From positions 11,400 to 75,399 of the forward strand of contig CAZSAL010000004.1 in NCBI GenBank assembly GCA_964604825.1: a stretch of 64,000 nucleotides of DNA. The letters are read 5' to 3'. Position 1 is the first letter of the stretch. Each line of letters opens with the position of its first letter. The stretch comes from an uncultured Elusimicrobia bacterium. GTDB taxonomy: Bacteria > Elusimicrobiota > Elusimicrobia > 2-01-FULL-59-12. The notes under the pieces are model-generated. The model did no database searches. It had not been told where the DNA came from and saw nothing but the letters and a program-made list of their open reading frames with translations. Below are positions 48,620 through 56,355 of the stretch, piece by piece. A program made the translations under genes and the position numbers.

Positions 48620-49465
48620 ATGAACATTATTACGGTCAATGTGGGTCAAGGCGCTCTCTCCATAGTCCGGCATCAGACGGAAGCCATTATTGTAGATTCG
48701 AGAATTCCTCCGTCGGATGACGACACTGTAGCCTTTGTCAAAGGAATGCTGGCCACGTCATTGAAAGGCCACTATGTGAAAGGGTTAGTATTGACAGGAT
48801 TTGATAGCGACCATCTGGATGTTGTCGGTCTCTCGATCGTTCTCCCCAAGTATCGGCCCGATTGGGTCATGTATCCCAAATACTATAAAGACAGCGAAGA
48901 GGCCAAATTGGCGTTTGATCTCATCACCGAACAAGAAGACCTTCGACGTGGTTCCGCCAATCCGTTGGAAAGAGTATCCGTCCGGCTTGACGTGCTGTCC
49001 AACCGCAAACTTTCCGGTCTCTCCTCCAACTTCGACTTTGAGCTATTCTCGCCGCACATTGCGGATATGGATAATTCGAATAATTCCAGCATTGTTCTCA
49101 AATTGACAGGAATAGGGGCAGGTGGATTTTCCTACTTGATCACTGGCGATACGGAAAACGAACGATGGAAAACGATCAGCGAATTGTTCGGAGGTGCCTT
49201 GAAGGCACATGTTTTGGCAGCGCCCCATCATGGGTCAAAAAATACCACTCATCCCGCCTCATTGCTTCATATCAATCCGCACACCGTTCTGATCAGCGCC
49301 GGCGTAGACAGTCAATATGGCCATCCCAGTCCAGAAGCCGTTAAAGTCTATCAACGAGTTGCAAGATATGTTTTCTCGACCAATATGGGAAACGGCGTTT
49401 CACTCCTCACTCAACCAGGTCTCACCGAGATCACGACGACACTAATCCCGAGTTCGGATGCATGA
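48620..49465 (+). CDS. metallo-beta-lactamase-fold protein (ComEC C-terminal-domain-like)
   Basis: LTGFDSDHLD and APHHGSKNT motifs of the ComEC-type MBL domain. Confidence 0.6.
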   Translation: MNIITVNVGQGALSIVRHQTEAIIVDSRIPPSDDDTVAFVKGMLATSLKGHYVKGLVLTGFDSDHLDVVGLSIVLPKYRPDWVMYPKYYKDSEEAKLAFDLITEQEDLRRGSANPLERVSVRLDVLSNRKLSGLSSNFDFELFSPHIADMDNSNNSSIVLKLTGIGAGGFSYLITGDTENERWKTISELFGGALKAHVLAAPHHGSKNTTHPASLLHINPHTVLISAGVDSQYGHPSPEAVKVYQRVARYVFSTNMGNGVSLLTQPGLTEITTTLIPSSDA

Positions 49466-50121
49466 AAAAGGGAAAAAGTAGTGCACCCACCGCTTACTTA
49501 AAAAGCAAGAACGCGATCTCTCTATGGTCATTCATCGGCGTGCATCTGGCCATTTTCCTCTCCCTGTCTATCGGCAAGCAATGGAATAGTGCCTCGGTGA
49601 ATCATTTTTGGGGTCGCATTACGACAAAAGATGGTCTGATTGCTGCCTGCATGCCCATCATCACCATTGTCTTGACCGGACTTCTCGGCGATACCGGAAA
49701 GGCGCGACTGATTTTCTGGCGGTGGCGTGATCCCTTGCCGGGATGCCGAGTGTTTACGGAACTTATGGCAGCAGATCCGCGCATTGATCACGGAATTCTA
49801 AAGACCAAACACGGAACACTCCCTTCTGAACCCCACGCGCAAAACGCCCTGTGGTATAGGCTTTACAAAAAGCATCTGGCCAAAGCGAATGTAAGCGAAT
49901 CGCATCGAATCTATTTGTTGATGCGTGATATGACAGTTGTCTCGGCCATCTTCGCTGTCCTGCTTCCAGTCGGCGTTTTCATGGTGTCGGTCGACAGGCA
50001 AGTCGTCATCATTTACAGCGCCGCTCTTATAGCGGAATACATGATCCTTGCTACCTCGGCGAGAAATTACGGCGAACGGTTTGTTTTAAACGTTCTCGCT
50101 GAAGAAGGTAATGCGCCTTAG
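49462..50121 (+). CDS. hypothetical polytopic membrane protein
   Basis: ATGA-coupled to the MBL gene; about 4 hydrophobic helices. Confidence 0.4.
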   Translation: MKKGKSSAPTAYLKSKNAISLWSFIGVHLAIFLSLSIGKQWNSASVNHFWGRITTKDGLIAACMPIITIVLTGLLGDTGKARLIFWRWRDPLPGCRVFTELMAADPRIDHGILKTKHGTLPSEPHAQNALWYRLYKKHLAKANVSESHRIYLLMRDMTVVSAIFAVLLPVGVFMVSVDRQVVIIYSAALIAEYMILATSARNYGERFVLNVLAEEGNAP

Positions 50122-50292
50122 CGTTAGCCAGTGAATCTTAAGACCTAAATCCTCCTTTCTCTGGTTCCGTCCGAGACTCCTCGGGGCCAAATAGAACGAT
50201 TTCCGGTTCCCTCATCCTCTCTTTAGCAAACCCTATCAGGTTCTAATCGTACGACGAACTTCAACATTATTTTCCGTCTCGCTTTTTCATTC

Positions 50293-50544
50293 TAAGGGTT
50301 GGCGGGTGGAGGCATAGCGGGCAGGCGACACAAAATCGTTGCCCCCTGCGCTTGCGGGGCCCCACCATTTTGTCCCGCCGGATCGCGCCCGCTACTCCCT
50401 ACCCCACGGACGGCCGTCAACCGTGGGGTGTCGCTCGATCCGCCAGACGTCTGGCGGATCGGTTAAACCTCCTCCCTCCAACCCTTTACCCGAATTGTGG
50501 CTCGCCAGATGCGTGGCGGGACTACTTCACGAGGAGACAATCAC
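50293..50544 (+). ncRNA. unclassified structured leader element, copy 1 (multi-hairpin, anti-SD-containing), immediately upstream of a hypothetical gene
   Basis: About 80% identical to 53248..53494. Conserved hairpins with compensatory changes. CCUCCUCC anti-SD-like segment and a downstream GAGGAG SD. Confidence 0.5.
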
Positions 50545-51180
50545 ATGAATAACGAAGTGCCGGTTAAAGAAGTGGCCGCCAAGATGCTGGCGGTCTGCAA
50601 CAGCCTGGGATGGAAGGTTGATATGCCATCGGATGAATTCAGTCACGTGTACCTGAAGGCGCAGGTCGAGGGGTTTCCATCCTCCTACGCCTCACTCACC
50701 TATGGACGGTATCCCTGCGAAGGACGGATCACGGTCACGGCCAATTCCAACCATGATTCGGCCATCTACCGCTACGGAGAAAAGCACCTGAGCATCAGCG
50801 TGAGCGCCAGTCGACCCGCCGAGGCAATCCTGAAAGAAATCCAGCGGCGGTTTGTTCCGACCTATCTTGAGATCGCCCGGAAAGCGGAAGAAATCCATCA
50901 CCGGCACGAGGAATACAGCCGGAAACTGGAGTCCTGTATGGGAGATTTGAAGGGGGAACCCCTGGATGAGCCCGAAAGGACAAATGGGAAGGTTCGTTTT
51001 CACTTGGACGATATCTGGGGAGCGGTGCAGTATGCGAGCGATGACCAACTCGCCATCGACTTTCATAATGTCCCGGCGGAGAAAGTAGGCCGCATCCTGG
51101 CGATTCTGCGGGAGAAGGTTGGTTCACTGAAGGAGGAATCCCTTGTATCGGATTCAGTGAGAGGTAACTGCCATGAATAG
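50545..51180 (+). CDS. hypothetical protein (211 aa)
   Basis: ATG 50545 follows SD GAGGAG; the rest of the listed ORF lies inside the structured leader. Confidence 0.5.
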   Translation: MNNEVPVKEVAAKMLAVCNSLGWKVDMPSDEFSHVYLKAQVEGFPSSYASLTYGRYPCEGRITVTANSNHDSAIYRYGEKHLSISVSASRPAEAILKEIQRRFVPTYLEIARKAEEIHHRHEEYSRKLESCMGDLKGEPLDEPERTNGKVRFHLDDIWGAVQYASDDQLAIDFHNVPAEKVGRILAILREKVGSLKEESLVSDSVRGNCHE

Positions 51181-51475
51181 AAAATATCTAGCGCTCCACG
51201 AAGCGATCAGCGAAGGCCGCGCGGAGTGGGGCAATGTTCAGATTCCGTCCAGCTTGTTACCTCCTGGACGCAAGTGCCTCAATCAGTTCTGCGAAAGTCT
51301 CTTCTGCAGTCGCCATCACCCGGTCCCGTCATTGGCCGAGGAGCGATGGTACGTCAAACGGTTCCTTGGAGTGAGCTGGATCTTTTTCGTACCTCGGAAT
51401 CATTGGCGTCGGTGGTGCTTGCTTGCCGCGTTTAAATCGCACCGTGACGCGCAGGTTTACCTGAACACGCTGTAG
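51173..51475 (+). CDS. small hypothetical protein with a CxxxxC...CxxHH cluster
   Basis: ATGA-type coupling with the upstream ORF; Cys/His cluster KCLNQFCESLFCSRHH. Confidence 0.35.
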   Translation: MNRKYLALHEAISEGRAEWGNVQIPSSLLPPGRKCLNQFCESLFCSRHHPVPSLAEERWYVKRFLGVSWIFFVPRNHWRRWCLLAAFKSHRDAQVYLNTL

Positions 51476-51539
51476 GGAAGTTTAACCACAGAACCTGGGA
51501 GGCGCTTAACCGCCTTTCGTATATGGGTTGTATGCAGTG

Positions 51540-51590
51540 AGGGCGGGTTGTTCACCAGACCGTTGGTGGATGGCCCGCCTTCTTTATTGT
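51540..51590 (+). terminator. candidate rho-independent terminator
   Basis: GGGCGGG ... CCCGCC stem with an inner CACCA/TGGTG helix, followed by TTCTTTATTGTC. Confidence 0.45.
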
Positions 51591-51637
51591 CTGACTCGCT
51601 TCCTCTGGAGGCGAGAACTTAAAACAAGGAGAACAAC

Positions 51638-53119
51638 ATGCCAACGAAAGAAGTCGCACAGCTGCAAATGGCCGTAAAAGAGATCGTGGAAGGGTCGAAT
51701 TGCCGCAGCCGGATGAATCCCGGCAAGTTCGAGGAGCTGGTGCAGAACGTCAAGAAAGTGGGGATTTTGGAACCGGCGCTTGTGAGGAGGGACGCGGAAG
51801 GGAAGGTCATTCTGATCGCAGGGCATCGGCGCCTGGCGGCGGCCAAAGCCGCTGGGTTGGAAAATATACCGGTGCGGCTCTTGGAAGTGGATGAGAAGCA
51901 GGCTGCCGAAATACAGACCTTGGAGAATCTCCACCGGGAAGACCTTGCGTCGATGGATGAAGCTCGGGCCTTCAAACAACTCCTGGATGGGGGTTCGCAC
52001 ACGATCGAGTCACTGGCCGCTCAAATAGACAAGTCACCTACCTACGTCTATCGGAGCCTGAGGTTGCTCGAATTGCCGGCCAAAGCAATCAAGGCTCTGG
52101 AGGAGGGGATTATCACCACCGGCCACGCACAGCAAATCCTGCGCGCCCCGGAGAAAAACGCCGAAGCGCTCGTGGCCTTTGCGACCACACGTATGGAATG
52201 GCAGAAACGCTATCCCAGCGTTTCGGAACTGCGGGAATACGTCGAGAAACGCATCGCCAAGGACCTTGCGGCGGCGCCGTTTCCGAAAGACGTACCGTAC
52301 GCAGAACAGGTCGCGTGCAACGCCTGCCCGTTCAATACCGGCAACCAGAACGTGCTCTTTGATGGCGCAACCAAGGGTCACTGTACGAACCCCGGCTGCT
52401 TCAACCGCAAAACAGCCGCCTACTACAAAGAGCTACAGACCACGGCAGCCGCCAGGTACGCGGGGCTGAAGTTCCTGGGAACCGCTTCAGATAACGGGTA
52501 CGCTTCGGGCCCCCAACAGATCAAAGGGGCGTATGTGGTGGAAAAGCTCGACGACAAAATCAAGAAGGCCATTCAGGCCAAACCGGATCAGTTCGGGTTC
52601 GGGATCGTAAAGCCCTCACGCTGGGGAGGGAAGAAGGCGCGTGTCGTTCTTCTCTGCAAAGAAGCGAAGTTGGCGGGGGTGAAGGAAGTGAATCGTGCAC
52701 CGGCCTATCGGGAACAAACCCCTGAAGAGCGCGAACGAGAGGAGTTTATTCGAAGCCATGTTCAAAGAACCTACGCTGCGCTTGCCGTCGAAATGCTGGA
52801 GTTTGATAAAGAGGACCTCCTCGCGCTTCTACAGGAGGAATGGGACGATGATTGGAAACGTCGCCGGGTCCTGCCATTCCTGGAAGCCTCGGGAGTTTCA
52901 GAATCAGATGCAGAGGAGGGTAAGTTTCCGGCAGAGGTTCTGGAAAAGAAAAGCCGGGATTCGTTGATCCAACTCGTGCTCTTGTCGATGCTCAATGACA
53001 ACAGCGATTCGATCGGCTCACTTTTGGAGGTCAAAAAAGTGAAAGTGCAGGAAGTGCTCAATAAAGCTCAGGCCGAGGCGCTCAAGGTCTGGAACGAGAA
53101 GCATCCCCAGGCCGCATAA
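51638..53119 (+). CDS. ParB/Spo0J/KorB-like N-terminal-domain protein
   Basis: ParB N-terminal domain (ILEPALVRR...IAGHRRLAAAKAAGLENIPV); SD AAGGAG. Confidence 0.75.
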   Translation: MPTKEVAQLQMAVKEIVEGSNCRSRMNPGKFEELVQNVKKVGILEPALVRRDAEGKVILIAGHRRLAAAKAAGLENIPVRLLEVDEKQAAEIQTLENLHREDLASMDEARAFKQLLDGGSHTIESLAAQIDKSPTYVYRSLRLLELPAKAIKALEEGIITTGHAQQILRAPEKNAEALVAFATTRMEWQKRYPSVSELREYVEKRIAKDLAAAPFPKDVPYAEQVACNACPFNTGNQNVLFDGATKGHCTNPGCFNRKTAAYYKELQTTAAARYAGLKFLGTASDNGYASGPQQIKGAYVVEKLDDKIKKAIQAKPDQFGFGIVKPSRWGGKKARVVLLCKEAKLAGVKEVNRAPAYREQTPEEREREEFIRSHVQRTYAALAVEMLEFDKEDLLALLQEEWDDDWKRRRVLPFLEASGVSESDAEEGKFPAEVLEKKSRDSLIQLVLLSMLNDNSDSIGSLLEVKKVKVQEVLNKAQAEALKVWNEKHPQAA

Positions 53120-53140
53120 GTCATTCCCGTCGCACTGAAG

Positions 53141-53182
53141 GCCGGCTCTCTCCCAAACGGAGAGGGTCGGCCTTTTTTTTCG
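53141..53182 (+). terminator. rho-independent terminator
   Basis: 14-bp GC-rich stem (GGCCGGCUCUCUCC / GGAGAGGGUCGGCC, two G-U pairs), 5-nt loop, then a run of 9 T. Confidence 0.7.
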
Positions 53183-53247
53183 ACTGCATACCTCGAAAAC
53201 GGAAATCCTGATTTATCGCGTCGTGGTTGGAAAGCGTGCTATCGAGC

Positions 53248-53494
53248 ATTCCCATTGTAAGGGTTGCCGGAAGGAGGCATAGCGGACAGACGGAACAAAA
53301 TCGTTGCCCCCTGCGGGGCCCCACCATTTTGTTCCGTCTGATCGCGTCCGCTACTCCTTACCCCACGGGCGGCCGTCAACCGTGGGGTGTCGCCCGGCCC
53401 CTTCCGGGGCCGCGTTAAACCTCCTCCCGTCAACCCTTTGCCTTTCAGTGGCTCGCCAGACACACGGCGAGACTATCACGCGAAGGAGAAAGAC
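53248..53494 (+). ncRNA. unclassified structured leader element, copy 2
   Basis: Paralogous to 50293..50544; same helices with compensatory substitutions. The anti-SD CCUCCUCC opposes the downstream GAAGGAG SD. Confidence 0.5.
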
Positions 53495-53776
53495 ATGACG
53501 ACCATACGAGACAACATGAAGGACCTGGTGCAGCGGATGCTGGTGACCAAGGGGATTACTTCTGAAGAACAGGCGTATGAATGGGCCTGTGGGATTGCCG
53601 ATCACCTGGGATTGGATGGGTTGGAGGGGGATCAAATCGGGCGGCTGGCCTGTGTGATCCTCACCACATTGAAGGGAACGACGACCCTTTATCACAAGCC
53701 GGCCGAGGTGCCGGTGGTGTGGATCAACTTTGACGATCTCAGGCGCGAAGGCGTCGAGTCCGTGGAGGTGTTCTAG
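53495..53776 (+). CDS. hypothetical protein (93 aa)
   Basis: ATG 53495 after SD GAAGGAG; the rest of the listed ORF lies inside the structured leader. Confidence 0.45.
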   Translation: MTTIRDNMKDLVQRMLVTKGITSEEQAYEWACGIADHLGLDGLEGDQIGRLACVILTTLKGTTTLYHKPAEVPVVWINFDDLRREGVESVEVF

Positions 53777-53778
53777 CC

Positions 53779-54453
53779 ATGGAAACCACCCAACAAGCTG
53801 ACTTGATCCGGGATTTGCCGCCCTGCATTCGTCCTCTGTCGCGACTGGGAACCTTGGGTGTGGAAGCGCTCAAGGAGGCCGAGCTGCTTTCGCTGGCGGT
53901 CCGGTCACGCTCGCTGCGCTGGCCAGAGGAAGTGCTGGGTCGTCACAGTGTGAAGGAATTGCTGGGGATGCCCTGGCAGAGACTGGCTTCGCTGCGCGGG
54001 ATAAGCCATGCGGGAGCGGCGGCGCTTTTAGCTTCGGCGGAACTGGTACGGCGCGCGTCGGGCCAACCGGATGCGGGCCGGCCCGTTCTTCAATCGGTGG
54101 GGGATGTGGCGGTGCAGGCTCTGGAGATACGAGACAAGAAAAAAGAGTACCTGCTCGCCTTCTTTCTGAATGCCCGGCATCAGCTGATCGCTAAAGAGAT
54201 CATCTCGATCGGGACGCTGACGGCGTCTCTGGCACATCCTCGAGAGATCTTTGCTCCGGCGATTGGACAGGCCGCGGCGGGGGTCGTGCTCGTGCATAAC
54301 CACCCCTCGGGAGATCCTTCACCCTCGGATGAAGACGTCCGACTGACCAAGCGCATCGCACAGGCGGGCCAGATCATGGGCATAGAGTTGCTCGACCACC
54401 TTATTCTGGCTTCGTCTGGAACTTTTTCGTTTAAGACCAGCGGTGCGCTCTGA
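53779..54453 (+). CDS. radC: RadC-like JAB-domain protein
   Basis: HNHPSGDPSPSDEDVRLT JAMM motif and RadC family C-terminus. Confidence 0.85.
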   Translation: METTQQADLIRDLPPCIRPLSRLGTLGVEALKEAELLSLAVRSRSLRWPEEVLGRHSVKELLGMPWQRLASLRGISHAGAAALLASAELVRRASGQPDAGRPVLQSVGDVAVQALEIRDKKKEYLLAFFLNARHQLIAKEIISIGTLTASLAHPREIFAPAIGQAAAGVVLVHNHPSGDPSPSDEDVRLTKRIAQAGQIMGIELLDHLILASSGTFSFKTSGAL

Positions 54454-54983
54454 TGGATGCTCGAACGTTTACGGAGCTTCATTTGGATTGCAGGAAACGT
54501 GTGCTTTTCGGGATTCGAGGGTATGTACGCAATCACGATGAGGCGGAGGATGTGACGGCTTCGGCTTTTGCGACCGCCTTTCAAAAGCGCAAGAGCTTCC
54601 GTAATGAGTCATCCTTCTACACCTGGGTTTATCGGATCGCCGTCAACCGTGCGACGTCGTCCCTGCGCAGGCGGCGGACGGTATCGCTGGATCTGCTTGA
54701 GGGAGCGTTACCGGATTCATTGATCGAATCGGACTTGATGGACCGCGCGATTGACCGGGAGGAGTGCTGCCGGAAGCTGCGCTGGGCGCTTCGGAAAATT
54801 CCGGTCTATTACCGTCAGGTCCTGGTGGACCATTTCGTCCGGGGCTTTTCGATCCGGCAGATCGCCCGGCGTCATCGCATTCCGATCGGAACGGTGTTGA
54901 GCCGGATCTTCAGCGCCAAGCGGCGGCTTCGGCGGGCGTGGAAAGGCAGGGAATCAATAAGAGCCGACTTAAGAGGGTCGTAA
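54453..54983 (+). CDS. ECF-type RNA polymerase sigma factor
   Basis: Sigma70 region 2 (YTWVYRIAVNR) and region 4 HTH (FSIRQIARRHRIPIGTVLSRI). Confidence 0.8.
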   Translation: MDARTFTELHLDCRKRVLFGIRGYVRNHDEAEDVTASAFATAFQKRKSFRNESSFYTWVYRIAVNRATSSLRRRRTVSLDLLEGALPDSLIESDLMDRAIDREECCRKLRWALRKIPVYYRQVLVDHFVRGFSIRQIARRHRIPIGTVLSRIFSAKRRLRRAWKGRESIRADLRGS

Positions 54984-55275
54984 ATACTTAAAAAATACGA
55001 GGACCCTCGCACTTATTCTCGCTTCGCTCCGTCACCGCCTGCTCCGCTCGAATGGGGATGCGCTATTAGGGGGGATGAATTGACGGGCAAAAAATGGCGT
55101 TTTGAGGGTGACAGGCAGAACTCACCGTTGGCTCACAGAAAGTCCCAGGCGTCAGAGGACAAAAGACTGTGGGCATTTCAGCCGTGAATTTGGCCTGATC
55201 GCCCCATTGATGCTTTCGGGTTTCCGAGCCAACCTTAGAGTCGAGGGGCATCGATTCGGAAAGGGCCACCAAACC

Positions 55276-55944
55276 ATGCGGATTCTGCTTGTTGATGGAG
55301 ACAAACGATCCAGCCTCTTTTTAAAAGAAGGGCTGTCCCGTGAGGGATTCGCCGTCGACGTTGCCGGCGACGCTGAAGAAGCCCTGCAGATGACGGGAAA
55401 CATTCCCTATGACGGTCTGCTCTTGAATGGCCGCTTTCCAGACCGGACCGCTTACGGGCTTCTCGCCGCGCTGCGCAAACAGGGTTGCCCTGCCGCCATC
55501 CTCATGCTGTCGGGGCAAAACCCTCCGCCGGGAAATACCTCCTTGCCTCACCCCTCGGAATCCAGCCCCCGTCTTACGGACATCACCGCCCGCCTGTACG
55601 CGGCGATGGAGACGAGCCGGGCCCTTCAGGAAAGCGAAGGTCACTCACCCCAACTTCGATCGGGCGACCTGCGAATGGATCTGGGTGCGCACCGCGTCCT
55701 GTGGCGCGGAAAAGAGGTCGATCTCACCAAAAAAGAATTCGAACTCCTGGAATGCCTGCTCCGCCATCCGGGCCGGGTCCTCTCCCAGCACGCCATCGCT
55801 CAGGAAATCTGGAACATCGACTTTCAGGGCCATTCGAACATCGTCGAAACCCACGTCAAACGCCTGCGCGCGAAATTGGGGGATCGGTTTCCCGTTCATC
55901 TCATCCAGACCATTCGCGGTGTCGGCTACCGACTCGTCGTGTAA
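55276..55944 (+). CDS. OmpR/PhoB-family response regulator with an atypical receiver (phospho-acceptor Asp position occupied by Asn)
   Basis: Receiver domain plus winged helix (GVGYRLVV). Aligns LLLNGRFP where canonical receivers have LLLD; the acidic pocket is VDGD. Confidence 0.75.
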   Translation: MRILLVDGDKRSSLFLKEGLSREGFAVDVAGDAEEALQMTGNIPYDGLLLNGRFPDRTAYGLLAALRKQGCPAAILMLSGQNPPPGNTSLPHPSESSPRLTDITARLYAAMETSRALQESEGHSPQLRSGDLRMDLGAHRVLWRGKEVDLTKKEFELLECLLRHPGRVLSQHAIAQEIWNIDFQGHSNIVETHVKRLRAKLGDRFPVHLIQTIRGVGYRLVV

Positions 55945-56008
55945 GTCAGTCCCTCTGCCATACTCCAGCTGCCGGTTCCGCTGGCTGAATTCCTCATATC
56001 TCAACTTC

Positions 56009-56105
56009 CGCCATTTTCCCGCCATCTGATCGCCATCTGACCGCCATGTAAATATCATCAAATCGCCATCCAATCTCCATCGTCCCGTCAGCGGATCGCC
56101 AGATT
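56009..56105. repeat. array of CGCCAT-containing direct repeats with 11-bp periodicity; candidate response-regulator operator
   Basis: CGCCAT at 56012, 56021, 56032, 56043 and 56065; degenerate copies CTCCAT at 56076 and CGCCAG at 56098. Spacings are 9, 11, 11, 22, 11 and 22 bp. Confidence 0.5.
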
Positions 56106-56308
56106 CACTCCTTAGAATTTAAGGCGGTGAATGTTCGTGTTAATAACTGATCCCTTCATCGGAACCCTTTCAGACCTGGCCCCAGGCCGGTCCCGGACAG
56201 CCGACACCCCCCAATTCTCCGCATGCCCAATAGTCCTATTTTTACGTGGCACGCCCTCCGATCTTCCGTCGAGAGAGCTTCTTTTTCAATCATGCGGGTT
56301 TAGGGAAG

Positions 56309-56341
56309 TCGGGAATATTTTTCGATTTTCGACACTAATGC
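56309..56341 (+). promoter_or_regulatory. conserved 33-nt motif copy C, upstream of the PorV-like gene
   Basis: TCGGGAATATTTTTCGATTTTCGACACTAATGC, ending 14 nt before ATG 56356. Confidence 0.5.
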
Positions 56342-56355
56342 ACAGGATGGCAATA

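Larger units (their letters stand above)
31644..54453. mobile_element. conjugative element core: MOB relaxosome, complete VirB/D4 type IV secretion system, and an ssb / ParB-like / RadC-like accessory block. Boundaries are not determined; no integrase in the window
   Basis: Co-linear mobC-relaxase-virB2..B11-virD4, followed by ssb x3, ParB-like and RadC-like genes that are typical of conjugative elements. Confidence 0.6.

Noticed and set aside
50293-53494. Interpretation of the two ~250-nt repeats as IS/MITE ends, retron msr-msd, or CRISPR-like repeats
   Set aside because: No transposase, reverse transcriptase or cas genes nearby. The copies are not flanked by target-site duplications. They differ by structure-preserving substitutions rather than being near-identical. 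Both sit exactly in 5'-leader position ending at an SD-ATG.
55427-56073. Alternative-frame ORFs overlapping the OmpR-like regulator (55427-56029, 55485-55988, 55645-56073 minus)
   Set aside because: The in-frame regulator has clear receiver and winged-helix domains. The overlapping frames are Arg/Pro-rich with no features.
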